A stretch of 64,000 nucleotides of DNA from Octopus vulgaris (taxonomy: Eukaryota), in contig OX597837.1 of the NCBI GenBank assembly GCA_951406725.2, positions 21,514,001-21,578,000 of the forward strand. The letters are read 5' to 3'. Below the pieces are notes generated by a model that was given only the letters and a program-made list of their open reading frames with translations, was not told the DNA's origin and did no database searches. Shown one piece after another: positions 40,431 through 53,458 of the stretch. The translations under genes were made by a program, and so were the position numbers. Position 1 is the stretch's first letter; each line of letters opens with the position of its first letter.

Positions 40431-41341
40431 GTAATGAAGAATTTTGACTTTTCTAATTTATTTATTTATCATTATTTTTTTTTTGCTCGTTACTCAACTA
40501 TGAAAGTAAGAAGTAGAAATCGTTTTACACTACCTATATACAATATATTTGTAAATCTCTACTAAGTCTTTCATCACTACTTTAAGTATTGTGGAGCCTA
40601 CTCTATGCTGAGGAGATCTGATAAAGCCAAAACATAACTGAAGTTGTCTCCCTTGCTTGCTAATATCGTTTAAATAATATTAGTCAATAAGACAATGTCA
40701 TCATTTTGTCATCATATAAATATTTCTAATTAGATTTTTGATGTACACTAGATTAATTATGTTAATATACACACACACTGTAAAGGGGATAGCAAACAAT
40801 CAGAGGGTTCTGAGGTCCCTTTAATCTTGTCTCACCAAGGACTTCTCAACTTCTCATGTTATTGCAATGAGAAAATGCACCCAGTACACACTGTACAGTG
40901 ATTGGTGATAGGAAATGCATCTCACTGTAGAAACCAAACCAAAGTGACAAGTATGAGCACTGGTTTGTGAGAGCATTAGCTCCAAGTAAGAAATGACTTG
41001 GATTGTGATGGCCCATTCAACAAATGCCAACATGGTAATCAGACAAATGGGGTGAGGGTTGTTGTGTGTGTGTGTTTGCACAGGTGGCTTCTGTACAGTT
41101 TTCCACCTCCTAAATTTCGGTCACTAAGCATTGGTCACATAAGGCTATAGTAGAATATACTTGCCCAAGATGTTACAGAATGGGATGGCAACTTACCCTG
41201 GCCCCCAAAATGGCTGGCCTTGTGCCAAGATTTGAAATCAATATTTAAATGAAAAACTGGCATGTCTAGGTTGGGTTTTTTTTTTAAATTTGTTTTTTAA
41301 TGATTTAATTAATTTTAATGAAAGTTCTGATTTTATTTCAG

Positions 41342-41455
41342 CAATGGTCATTAAACTCCACCCTTACGTCACAAATTGATATTGCTACGCCAAAGAATAG
41401 CTGTGGTTTCAAAGTCAGCCAGATCCAACACCAAGATACAAAATCCTCCCATAAG
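41342..41455 (+). CDS. REV3L: REV3L exon (QWSLNSTLTSQIDIATPKNSCGFKVSQIQHQDTKSSHK)
   Basis: tttcAG acceptor, AAG|GTCAG donor, 114 nt; SQID...GFKVS block matches the REV3 segment preceding the exonuclease-like domain. Confidence 0.9.
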
Positions 41456-42178
41456 GTCAGTCTCTGCAGGAGAGTCATGGGATGGGGTGGGGTCTTAGTT
41501 CATTTCATCAACCACAGTACTTATCTCTGATTAGTATTTAGTTTAGATTTTTGTATTTGGTTTGCAAGATTCCAGATACTCATACGTTGAAACAGATTTT
41601 TTTTTTTGTATTTTGGGAGGGTCATTATGCCAGTAATGAACACCCACACTGGTTTGATTTCATGTCTTTTTATTATTGTTAGTCAACTTAAAGGTGGTGA
41701 GCTGGCAGAATTGTTACCATGTTGGACAAAATACTTGGTGGCATTTCTTCCAACTCTTTATGTTACTTGAGGCTGACTTTGCCCTTCATCCTTTCAAGGC
41801 TGATAAAATAAGTATCAGTTGAGCACTAAGATTGCTGAAATCAACTTACTCACTTCTATAATCACTGGCCTTCTGCCAAAATTTAAAACCATTCTTATTC
41901 ATCAACTATTTAATCATTTAACCAATTAACTAATCAATCGTTTGATTAATTACCCAGTCAATCAGTTCGTCAGCTAGATCATCAGAGTCCTTTTGTAGCC
42001 CTTTGCAATCTGTGATATGCCATCTCTACACCAGGTCTGTTTGTGTTCTAGTTTACAGATACTGTATTTATAATTATAGGAAGACCTGGAGTAGAGAGGT
42101 TAGCACTGTTTTCCACTTCCATATCATATGCCTTGTCTCGTTAAATTATTATATTTTTTGTATTTTTTCCCCCCTCAG

Positions 42179-42477
42179 GTTCAACACATCTGTTTGATGA
42201 GTCTTGAGTTACTTATGAGGACACGTGGAGACAGATGTCCAGATCCTCAGACAGATGATATACAAGCTGCTTTTTGTGTTTTCTCGCAAGATTCCAAACC
42301 CGGTGATATGGTGACAGTTGTTATTGTTGTTGATGGTGACCACCTGTCTTTGAGGGCTCCAAAAGGCTCAAACCGCAGTCGTACATTACATACTACAGCT
42401 CTACCTGAAGGGGTTGACATCATCCATGTGACAGATGAAACTGAGCTGATGCATAAAATGGAAAGTCTGGTTAAAAG
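42179..42477 (+). CDS. REV3L: REV3L exon (VQHICLMSLELLMRTRGDRCPDPQTDDI...LVK)
   Basis: cccctcAG acceptor, AG|GTTTGT donor; SLEL..RTR.D..PDP..D.I is the REV3 exonuclease-like N-terminal motif. Confidence 0.93.
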
Positions 42478-43261
42478 GTTTGTAACCATAACTAAACTTA
42501 AACAAAATATTTCTATCTTGACCTTTGACATTTCATGACCAGGGAAATGACCATGATCATCATTAGATGATCGATTATGTTGTTGTTTAACCCCAGGTCA
42601 ATCCTGATTGAGCAAACCTGTGATCATAGGTATTCCAGCATTGAACATATCATCTCTTTTTAACATATTTAAGACCAAATTATCTAATGTGTCTTCCTCT
42701 TTTTTCAAGACAATCGGGTGTGATCTGAGGGAGATTTGGCTGCTATTTCTAGTATGTTAATTAATCTCATTGAGGCTCCTCATTGGCTTGTGAAATAGCT
42801 ACAATATATTCAATGGTGGAGGAACTGGATGTTAAGATAGCCGATCCATTGGCTTGGCTTGACCCCTTAACTTCCAGTAAAAGTCATAAAGGCACCATTG
42901 TGGCATACAGTACACCAGGCTTCTTTAATCTGTCACATCTGTGGGCCAGAGCTCAAGTCTCTATTAATAATTTACCTTTGCATCCCTGTAGCTACCTCAG
43001 CCTTCCTCTACAACTCATCTTTTAACTCGTATCCCTTCACTTTTCTATCTATGGCACTAATCACTCTGACACTGAACAATATCATTCCCTTACACTCTAT
43101 ATTATCTCCCTGATGTTGCCCTTTATCACCTTTTCCTACTTGACTCACTGCTATTTCCTTCACTCCTCCCCCTACATGATACTCTCCACCATGTACCTTA
43201 TTATCATATATATAATTTATTTGTGCATTAAGGCTACCATTGGTTTCATGTTCTGTGTGAT

Positions 43262-43311
43262 AGGCCTGATAATTGTTGAGGGCTTCCTCTGCATGAAACC
43301 AATGGTAGCCT
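43262..43311 (+). ncRNA. Degenerate hammerhead (G8>A) inside a fold-back element (about 43214-43328)
   Basis: aggc-CTGATAA-ttgttgagggcttcctctgcat-GAAA-ccaatg-GTA-gcct. Stems I and III are intact; the core is mutated. Confidence 0.55.
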
Positions 43312-43456
43312 TAATGCACAAATGAATTTTTATCCACTAATGGAGTGTTGAGCACTCATTCTCATTGTTTGATATTTACATAGAAGTGTGTGTGTGTAGG
43401 TATAAGATGAAAATGATCCTCAATCAAACTTGTTATTACTATTTTTATTATTGCAG

Positions 43457-43572
43457 TTGGGATCCTGATATGCTCATCGGTTATGAAGTCACCACCTTGT
43501 CATGGGGTTACTTACTACAGAGGGCTGCTTTCCTTAATATAGAACTGGCTACCAAAATTTCCAGAATTCCAA
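43457..43572 (+). CDS. REV3L: REV3L exon (WDPDMLIGYEVTTLSWGYLLQRA...ISRIP)
   Basis: ttgcAG acceptor, A|GTAATT donor; DPD.L.GYE...SWGYL.QRA is a REV3 signature. Confidence 0.95.
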
Positions 43573-43822
43573 GTAATTATTCTTTTAAATGTTTAAATGT
43601 CTGGGATGATATATTGTTATTACGATTATAAATTTTCTGGTTTATTCATCATTTGCACACGATAATAGAGCAGGAAGGTCACACAACACAAAATTGAGAG
43701 CCTACCAAAGTTAATAAGAGACTAAGATCCCTGCCACAACATATCAGTTGTGACTACTTGAAGAAGAAGAAGTAGTAGTAGTAGTAGTTAGGTGGTGGTG
43801 CTGCTGCTGTTGTAATTTTCAT

Positions 43823-44225
43823 CTCTTTTACGCTTTTACTTGTTTCAGTCATTTGACTGTGGCCATGCTGGAGCACCGCCTTTAATCAAGCAAATCAATC
43901 CCAGGACTTATTCTTTGTAAGCCTAGTACTTATTCTATCGGTCTCTTTTGCTGAACCGCTAAGTTACAGAGACATAAACACACCAGCATCGGTTGTCAAG
44001 TAATGTTGGGAGGGACAAACACAGACACACAAACATACACACACACACACAAACATATACATATATACGACGGGCTTCCTTCAGTTTCCGTCTACCAAAT
44101 CCACTCACAAGGCTTTGGTTGGCCCAAGGCTCTAGCAGAAGACACTTGCCCAAGGTACCACGCAGAGGGACTGAACCCGGAGCCATGTGGTTCGTAAGCA
44201 AGCTACTTACCACACAGCCGCTCCT
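43823..44225 (-). mobile_element. tRNA-derived SINE (same family as 4254)
   Basis: Reverse-complement full-length copy. Confidence 0.85.
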
Positions 44226-44444
44226 ACAAAAGATTCTTCTTGATACCATATTTCCAAAATATATTACCTTTGTTTCAGCTAATTTTTAGAAAAACGAAGA
44301 ATTTAGTAAAATGACTTTGCTTTTATTAAGGTGGTGGTGATGGCGGTGGCTGCAGTGGTGGCGCCGGTAACAACACAAATTAACATAGAATTCTTATGGA
44401 AGATTTTAGTTTAGATCACTTCAAAACAGGAAAACTGTATAGAC

Positions 44445-44680
44445 AGGCAGCGAGCTGGCAGAAACGTTAGCACACTGGGCAAAATGCTTAGCAGTATTTT
44501 GTCTGCTGTTACGTTCTAAGTTCAAATTCCGCCATGGTCAACTTAGCCTTACATCCTTTCGGGGTCAATTAAATAAGTACCAGTTATGCACTGGAGTCGA
44601 TATAATCAACTTAATCCGTTTGTCTGTCCTTGTTTGTCCCCTCTGTGTGTATCCCCTTGTGGGCAGTAAAGAAATAAGAA
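44445..44680 (+). mobile_element. tRNA-derived SINE with Nin/Deu-like central domain
   Basis: ggcagcgagctggcagaa head; family consensus GCCTTTCATCCTTTCGGGGTCGAT..AAGTACCAG. Other copies at about 11020-11400, 19540-19905, 20085-20407, 30990-31420, 51523-51925 and 60868-61101, often partially tandem. Confidence 0.75.
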
Positions 44681-45205
44681 AGACAAACTGTATAGAACTG
44701 TATAAAACTATAGAAAACTGTATAAAACTTTATAGAAAAACTGTATAAGACTATAAAACTGTATAAAACTCTTTCTACTCTTTTTACTTGTTTCAGTCAT
44801 TTGACTGTGGCCATACTGGAGCACCACCTTTAGTCAAGCAAATCGACCCCAGGAGTTATTCTTTGTAAGCCTAGTACTTATTTTATCGGTCTCTTTTGCC
44901 GAACTGCTAAGTTACATGGACGTAGACACACCAGCGTCGGTTGTCAAGCGATTGGGGGGACAAACACATAAACACTCACACACACATACATATATACAAC
45001 GGGCTTCTTCAGTTTCCATCTACCAAATCCACTCACAAGGCTTTGGTCGGCCCGAAGCTATAGGAAAACATAGAAAAATTGTATAGAACTGAGGATAATA
45101 TTAGGAATGTTGATATCCAATTGGTTAATCCTACTTGCTGTAATTTATGTATCACATCACTTGTCGGACTTCTATAGAAATTGTCTTGATCTCTCTCATT
45201 CCTAG

Positions 45206-45294
45206 ATACAAAAGCTGTTCAGTTCCGTGAGGATTTCGACATCCAACTACCTGGCCGGATAGTTCTTAATCTTTGGAAAATTCTACGTCACGAA
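45206..45294 (+). CDS. REV3L: REV3L exon (TKAVQFREDFDIQLPGRIVLNLWKILRHE)
   Basis: cctAG acceptor, GAA|GTAAGT donor; GRI.LNLW...R.E motif; phase 1 start fits the previous exon. Confidence 0.93.
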
Positions 45295-46698
45295 GTAAGT
45301 ACTAATAGTGTTTTTATGTTATATTCCTTTCTTTTTTTTTCTGACTGCCAGATAAATGTAGGAAAAGGTCTGTTTTGCAATCAATCAATCAATCAATCAT
45401 TACAATTACAATTTTAACATTCCTGACAAAGACCAATTTTGCCAGTTCACTGCTCTAAGCTGATATTTATTGACCAAGGAAGGATGAGAAACAAAGTCGA
45501 CTTCAGTGAGCAGCAGAAAACACCTGAGTCTTGCCATTTCTTTAGTTTCCACCATGTTGCTGTTCCTTTTAAACTTGAGAAACATAATTGATCTGTAGAT
45601 TATGGCAAATACAAAGCACCAACTCCCTGACTGTCTTTAAAATGGGGAAATCATGTCTTTTGGTGTTTTTTATCTTTTACTTACTTAACAGCGGTCATGC
45701 TGGAGCAACATCTTGAAGAACTTTTACTTGACTAGATCAACTCCACTACTTTTTTTTTAAGCCTGGTACTTATTCTATTGGTCTCTTTTGCCAAAATGCA
45801 TGGTGAGGATGAGACCCGCGATGGTTAACATTCGCAAGTTATAAAGTTGTGGTTGCTATGGCAAAAAGAGTGATTTTTTTATTGATTCAAGGGGACTTTT
45901 CTAAATATGATGAAGGGGCGATAACAATAAAATGCTTAAAACTTAATCTGTTCCTAGGTTAATCGGAAACAGATTGCCTTGCTACACATAATTACAGGGA
46001 TGTAAACACACCAACATCAGTTGCCAAGCAGTGTGGGGGGATAATCACAAATATATATATAGAGAGAAACACACACACACACACACATATCATCATCATC
46101 ATTTAACATTTGCTTTCCATGCTAGCATGGGTTGGACGATTTGACTGAGGACTGGTGAACCAGATGGCTGCACCAGGCTCCAGTCTGATCTGGCAGAGTT
46201 TCTACAGCTGGATGCCCTTCCTAACGCCAACCACTGCGAGAGTATAGTGGGTGCTTTTATGTGCCACTGGCACGAGGGCCAGTCAAGCAGAACTGGCAAC
46301 AGCCACGCTCATGCACATGATGGGCTTCTTTCAGTTTCCATCTACCAAGTTCACTCACAAAGCTTTGGTTGTGCAAGGTTATAGTAGAAGACATTTCCCC
46401 AAGGTGCCACACAGTGCAACTGAACCCAGAACCATGTGGTTGGAAAGCAAGCTTTTTACCACATAGTCATGCCTGTGCCGGTGTATGTTCTACACTAAGG
46501 ATATCTTCTCTTCATCAATGTCTTACATTTACTTTACCATTTTGGTATTGCTTGGACAGTATTTCTGATGCTGTCTTTTACAACCAGATGGTCTTCCTGT
46601 TGTCAAATCTTTTACTTGCTTCTTATGACATGCAAGGGACATGGTGTGCCTGTCCTAAAACTGACACACATTTGCTGTGCTCCACAATAAAGATATTC

Positions 46699-47031
46699 AG
46701 TTCTTTTCCTTTTGAACGGCAGTTTTCAACACAATTTCTAGTTAACTAAACACTTTTAAAACTTTGTATACTGGTAGAATGTGTCAAAATAAAACATTTT
46801 TTTCTCTTGGCTTTCTTGAGAAAATTGTAATTTGTAAGTTTAACGTAGTTTAATTTTTCAAATTTTAACCAATCAATTGCCTCTATTGAGCTAAAATCAT
46901 TTACAATTTTCTCAAGAAAGCCAAGAGAAAAAAATGTTTTATTTTGACACATTCTACCAGTATATGAAGTTTAAAAGTGTTTAGTTAACTAGAAATTGTG
47001 TTGAAAACTGCCATTCAAAAGGAAAAGTTCC
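46699..47031. mobile_element. Fold-back MITE with ~130-bp arms and 8-bp TSD AGATATTC
   Basis: Near-perfect inverted arms; termini related to the 36219 element. Confidence 0.85.
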
Positions 47032-47435
47032 AGATATTCTGGTAATAACTAAGACTTTGACCAGTGACTGCTATCTTTTACTGACTTCACTCATTAGACT
47101 GCTGCCATGTTAGAGCACAGCCTTTAAGGATTTTTGGCTTAAAGAATCAACTCTAGTACATTTTCTTAAGCCTGATACTTATTCTATTGATTTCATTTGT
47201 TGGACTGCTAAGTTACAAAAAGTAAACAAACCAACACCAGTTGTCAAGCAGTGGTGTGAGACAATCGGACACACACACACGCACACACACACACCTTTAT
47301 GTGGTTCAGAAGCAAGCTTCTTACCACGCAACCCCACCAACACCTATACCATAGGTTTACTGAAAAAGTGGTTAGTCTTTCAGAACAGAACTCTCTAAGG
47401 TCAGTCTATTAACAGCAACATCCTGGAAAAATTTA

Positions 47436-47825
47436 TCTATATCTATAAAACAGTCCTTGGACGAAAATTGTATGCACATTTTGCCTTGACGGTTAATGGC
47501 AGCCAAACCAAGGTTAGGATCAAGCTGAAAATTGGCAGGGATACTAAATGCGTGGTGAGGATAAGACCCACGATGGTTAAGATTCGCAAGCTATAAAGTT
47601 GTGGTTGCTATGGCAAAAAGAGTGATTTTTTATCGATTCAAGGGGATATTTCGAAATATGATGAAGGGGCAATAACAATAAAATGCTTAATACTTGATCC
47701 GTTCCTAGGTTAATCGGAAACAGATTACCATGCTACACATAAACCTTCTCGGTAGTTCAATTATTTGGTGAAAAAGATACCACGAAAGCAACTTAAACCG
47801 TCCAAAGGACGGGTGCGTCTGCTAG
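47436..47825 (+). mobile_element. Non-autonomous Helitron-like element
   Basis: A|TC start, hairpin ccgtcc-aaa-ggacgg, CTAG|T end. Confidence 0.8.
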
Positions 47826-48160
47826 TTTTCAAATACGTAAAAAGCACCATCCGACCGTGGCCGTTTGCCAGCCCCATCTGGCACCTGTGCTGGTGGCACG
47901 TAAAAAGCACCCACTACACTCATGGAGTGGTTGGCGTTAGGAAGGGCATCCAGCCATAGAAACATTGCCAGATTAGACTGGGCCTGGTGCAGCCTTCTGG
48001 CTTCCCAGACCCCAGTTGAACCATCCAACCCATGCTAGCATGGAAAGCGGACGCTAAATGATGATGAAGTTTTTTTTCTTTTGCAATTTAAATAATTTAC
48101 ATAACCTTCAATACTTTGTTTTTCTATAAATAATTTCAAATAATTTCTTACATTTGACAG

Positions 48161-48279
48161 GTCACCCTGAATATTTACACATTTGAGAATGCATATTTTC
48201 ATGTGTTGCACCAACGGACACCACACTACTCAAACAAATCCTTGACAACCTGGTTCAATCACCAGACAGATTTACATAG
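48161..48279 (+). CDS. REV3L: REV3L exon (VTLNIYTFENAYFHVLHQRTPHYS...DLHR)
   Basis: gacAG acceptor, AG|GTTTGT donor; YTFEN..FHVLHQR.P motif. Confidence 0.95.
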
Positions 48280-49189
48280 GTTTGTCTTTGTCTTCATTTC
48301 ATTTTGTTTTGGTTAAATTCAGCCTCAGAACACCACAATTATCTTTTACTTGTTTCAGTCATTAGACTGTGGCCATGCTTGGGCACCGCCTTGAAGGATC
48401 TTAATTCAAGTGACTCAACCTCAGTACTTTTTTTTAAGCCTGGTATTTATTCTATCAGTCTCTAGTACTGAACTACTAAGTCACAGGGACATAAGCACAC
48501 AAACACCAGTTGCCAAGCAGTGGTAGGGGACAAACCCAGGCACAAAGACACATACATGTAGACATGTATATATATGATGGGCTTCTTTCAGTTTCCATCT
48601 GCCAAATCCACTCACAAGGCTTTGGTCAGCCCAAGTCTATAGTAGAAGACATTTGTCCAAGGTGCCATGTAGTTGGACTGAATCCAGAACCATGTGGTTA
48701 CTCTTTTACTTGTTTCAGTCGCTTGACTGCAGCCATGCTGGAGCACCGCCTTTCGTCGACCAAATCGACCCCAGGACTTATTCTTTGTAAGCCTAGTACT
48801 TATTCTATCGGACTCTTTTTGCCGAACCGCTAAGTTATGGGGATGTAAACACACCAGCATCAGTTGTCAAGCGATGTTGGTTGTGGTTGTCTAAAAATAC
48901 CCTATCACAGAAATATATGTTAACTCAGTATTCACTATTCAACTACTGACTGTTAAACCAACACACATTGAACTAACACAGTAAACGAACATCCCCGACA
49001 GTTCACTCAGCTCTTCTTTATTGTAAGGGGTTAGTCCACCTTCAGTCAGGTGAGGGTGTTCAGGATTACCTCATAACACAGGGTCAATTCATTCATCTAA
49101 CATTCCTCAAGGCAGTGCCCCAGCATGGCCACAGTCTAATGACTGAAACAAGTAAAGGATAGAAGATAAAGATAACAATAATAATGATG

Positions 49190-50000
49190 ATACAGTTCTA
49201 TATTTAAGAGATGAAGAATTATGTACATTAGTTACATTATTTACATTTGATGGATATTTGTCCTCATCTTGTTTGTTGTTAACACAACGTTTCGGCTGAT
49301 ATACACTCCAGCCTTCATCAGGTGTCTTGGGGAAATTTCGAACCTGGGTTCTCATTCCTAAGGTATTTTTCGATGTTGTTATTATTATTGTTATTATTAT
49401 TATTATTATTATCATTAATGAGTGAGAGAGCAGTGCATGCCATCAAAGTGACACTGGGGTAAAATATATGAAGCCCAGTATACCCATCATGACTACCCAT
49501 GTGATAAGGGTACACTAGGCACATGCATCACAACCATATATGCATGACATGGTGATCCCATATCAAGATAAACCGCACATAACCTTGCAGGTGGGGCCCA
49601 GTTAGAATTTTCTTCTGGTCGAGTAACCCATCCTGCTCAAAAGGTTCCTGAATAAGGGTTGTTTAAGGATGTAGAACGAAACACCAATGTTTCCAGAGGC
49701 GAATTATTCAAACCCCAAAGAATCCCTCTCAACACATGGCTATGATGCTCCCCCACTACTTCTGCTCATGATCAGAGATACACATATCGTCAGCCACTAA
49801 GGGACATGCTCAACTGATTAAGATCAAACAACTGACAAGCAAATCTGTGGTATTGAGCAGAATATTTGCTGTAGCCAATCTTTTATACCAAGACAAAATT
49901 ATTATCATTATTATTATTAATATTATTCAGGTGACTGCCTGGAATCAAACTCGGAATCTTGGGGTTAGTAGCCTGTGCTCTTAACCACTACACCATATGC
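49190..50000 (-). mobile_element. tRNA-headed, hammerhead-containing SINE-like element, interrupted by a ~480-bp insert (about 49416-49897)
   Basis: Minus strand: A-box-like TGGTGTAGTGG and B-box-like GAGTTTGATTC head at 49926-50000, then (AAT)n, then a body with the hammerhead. Confidence 0.6.
49281..49326 (-). ncRNA. Minimal Penelope-type hammerhead ribozyme
   Basis: Minus strand reads gacac-CTGATGA-a-ggctg-gagtgtatat-cagcc-GAAAC-GTT-gtgtt; palindromic AACGTT helix III. Confidence 0.8.
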
Positions 50001-50131
50001 TGATCATTTAAACTTGTATTGATAACAGTTTATATTCTTATCTTTTCCACATAGATTCGTTAAATTCATTAATGTAATTTGGTTTGTTTGACCTTGTTTT
50101 TTTCTTTTCTTTTTTAATTATTTGTCAACAG

Positions 50132-50273
50132 ATGGCGAGTATTGAATTACTACATCATCAGATCAAAAGGAAATATTTCCCTTATTGAAAGTCTGGACCT
50201 GGTCAGCAAAACCAGTGAGATGGCCCGTGTATTTGGCATTGAGTTCTACCATGTTCTGTCAAGAGGTTCTCAG
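50132..50273 (+). CDS. REV3L: REV3L exon (WRVLNYY...KTSEMARVFGIEFYHVLSRGSQ)
   Basis: aacAG acceptor, CAG|GTAAGG donor; TSEMAR.FGI.F..VL.RGSQ conserved. Confidence 0.96.
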
Positions 50274-52334
50274 GTAAGGACCAACTCGATTTCAGATCTT
50301 TCCATTGACTTTAACTACAAAGTAACTCACTCCCAGATGGGTGTGATTGGTTCTGTTGATGTCTACCCTGAACATCTATAGAAAAAAAAAACAGGAACTG
50401 CAACAGAGGGAACTTCACTGAAAACCACTTTGAGGAAACTATCCATCATTGCCACCATCATCAATCCTTGTCTTTGCATAACTGGGTGCCTGCATGGCTG
50501 TGTGGTAAGAAGTTTGCTTCCCAACCACATAGTCTTGGGTTCATTCCCAGTGTGTGGCACCTTGGGCATCTGTCTTCAACTATACTCTTGCAAGTGGATT
50601 TAGTAGACAGAAACTGAAAGAAGCATATCACACACACACACACATATATATATATGTATGTATATGTATCTGTTTGTGTTTATCCCCTACTACCGCTTGA
50701 TAACAGGTGTTGGTTTGTTTATGTCCTCATAACTTAGTGGTAGGGCAAAAGAGACTGATAGAATAAGTACCAACCTTTAAAACAAATAAGTACTTGAGCT
50801 GATTCAGTTGACTAAAATTCTTCAAGGCAGTACTCCAGCATGGCCACAATCTAACGACTGAAACAAGTAAAAGATAATAGATATCTGCTTTCTCCATGCT
50901 GTGCCAAAACAGACGCTGGTGTCGTGATTAACCAGTGAGCTTGTTAATATATATATATAATACTGAAGGTTAATATTTATCCCCACTTAAACATGATTGT
51001 TCTGTTAGTATGAACTGTACTGTGGTAGTTACCATGAGAGAAACTCCCATACTGGTAATTGTGACACCAGCACCGGTTCTGGCACTGTTTTTTTTTATAT
51101 ATTGCTGGTGGGGAGATGAGTTGTTGCTCTTTCTAGTGGTACAGTGTCCATCATTGACAAGACCAAGGAAGGTTGAAACCATGTGATCTGGTAGTCTCAG
51201 TACTGAAGATGGCAAAGATTTATTTCCTCACTAGTGATATAAACAAAAGTGTATTTTGCACCAAAAAAGCCTATATGTGAGTTTCTCTCATGGTATTTTA
51301 CTGCAGTATAGTTTGTTCTAACAGAACATCCAGGTTTAAGTAAGGATAAATGTTACCTCTTGGTATTAACACAGCCACTGTTGCTAATATATACTCTACT
51401 AATTCTATCAATCCCAAATATGATTATTCCTCATCAGATACTCAGGCAAAATTTAACATGAACTCATCATATGTTGACGTTTGTTACCAGGCATGGCTGT
51501 GTGGTTAGAAGTTTGCTTCCCAAGGTGGCGAGCTGGCAGAAATGTTAGCATGTCAGGCGAAATGCTTAGTGGTATTTCGTCTGCTGCTACGTTCTGAGTT
51601 CAAATTCTGCCGAGGTCAACTTTGCCTTTCACCCTTTCGGGGTCGATTAAATAAGTACCAGTTACGTACTGGGGTCAATATAATCGACTTAATCCGTTTG
51701 TCCTCTGTGTTTAGCCCCTTGTGGGTAGTAAAGAAATAGGTATTTCGTCTGCCGCTACGTTCTGAGTTCAAATTCTGCCAAAGTCAACTTTGCCTTTCAC
51801 CCTTTTGGGGTTGATTAAATAAGTACCAGTTATGCACTGGAGTCGATACAATCAACTTAATCCCTTTGTCTGTCCTTGTTTGTCCCCTCTGTGTGTAGCC
51901 CTTTATGGGCAGTAAAGAAATAAGACGTTTGCTTCCCTACCACATGCTTCTAAGTGCAGTCCCACTGCGTGGCATCTTGGGCAAGTGTCTTCCTTGGGTT
52001 GACCAAAGCCTTGTGAGTGGTTTTGGTAGACGGAAACTGAAAGAAGCCTATTGTATATGTATGTGTGTGTATCTGTGTTTGTCCTCCACCACCACTTGAC
52101 AACTGGTGTTGGTGTGTTTATGTCCACATAACTTAGTAATTCGGCATAAGAGATCGACTGAATAAGTACCTGGCTTATAAAAAAGCACTGGGGTCAATTC
52201 ATTGACTAAACAAATTCTTCAGGGTCGTGTCCCAATCTAATGACTGAAACAAGTAAAAGATTTACTGAAACCCTTTTAAGTTTGTATTTGTTATTGTTGA
52301 TTTTATTTTTCTTTGAATCTTTTTATTTTTTCAG

Positions 52335-52585
52335 TACCGAGTTGAATCAATGATGTTAAGAATTGCCAAACCTCTCAATTTCGTGGCCGTATCTCCAAGC
52401 GTACATCAACGGAGTAAGATGCAAGCACCTGAGTGTATTCCACTTACTCTTGAACCACTTTCCAATTTCTACAGTGATCCTGTAGCAGTTTTAGATTTTC
52501 AATCTCTCTACCCTTCCATCATGATTGCCTATAATTATTGTTTCTCAACTTGTCTTGGCCGACTTGATCATTTGGCTACAGCTCA
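52335..52585 (+). CDS. REV3L: REV3L exon with polymerase motif A (YRVESMMLR...VLDFQSLYPSIMIAYNYCFSTCLG)
   Basis: tttcAG acceptor, CA|GTAAGT donor; B-family motif A DFxSLYPS with the REV3-specific AYNYCFSTCLG. Confidence 0.98.
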
Positions 52586-53458
52586 GTAAGTACCACCGTC
52601 TTTATGAAATTCTAAGATGTTCTTTACCTCATTCATCTAAACTAATGCTTCTCAACCGTTTTTTTTACCTATGGACCCCTTTGACTCCTATTTTACTTGG
52701 GTGGACCCTCATAGCCATTCCATCATCACCATCATCATCGTTTAACATCTGCTTTCCATGCTAGCATGGGTTGGACGATTTGACTGAGGTCTGGCAAACC
52801 AGATTGCTGCACCAGGTTCCAATCTGATCTGGTAGAGTTTCTACAGCTGGATGCCCTTCCTAACGCCAACCACTCCGAGAGTGTAGTGGGTGCTTTTACA
52901 TGCCACCAGCATGAGGGTCAGTCAGGCGGTACTGGCAACGGCCACGCTCAAATGTTGCTTTTTACTTGCCACCTGCACTGGAGCCAGTCCAGTGGCACTG
53001 GCAATGACCTCGCTCGAATGTTTTTCACATGCCACCAGCACAAGTGCCAGTAAGGCAATGCAGGTAACAATCATGCTCGAATGGTGCTTTTTACATGCCA
53101 CCGGCATGGAAGCCTGTTTGTTGCTCTGGCAACGATTACACTGGGATGGTGCTCTTAGTGCTCCACTAGCACGGATGCCAGTCATTGAATTTGATTTCAA
53201 TTTTGATTCCATGTTTAAAAATCCCATTATATTTTTATAATTAAATATTATTAAGAATTCTATTAAAAAGTTGTTAAAATATTTTGTGCTTTGGAGAAGT
53301 ATAACCAATTTTATTGCACATAAACTTCAACAACAAAATCTTATATGGACCCTAGTTGAGAACTGCTGATCTTACCCAAGGGTTCTCAACCATTTTTTTC
53401 CCTATGGACCCCTTTGATTACAATTTTATTCTGATGAAAGTCCATAGCCATTCAATGT

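Noticed and set aside
40431-40565. C-terminal extension of the 428-aa ORF
   Set aside because: Read-through into AT-rich intron after the GTAATG donor.
40600-40645. CTGAGGA...AAAAC hammerhead-like remnant
   Set aside because: Too degenerate; the stems do not pair.
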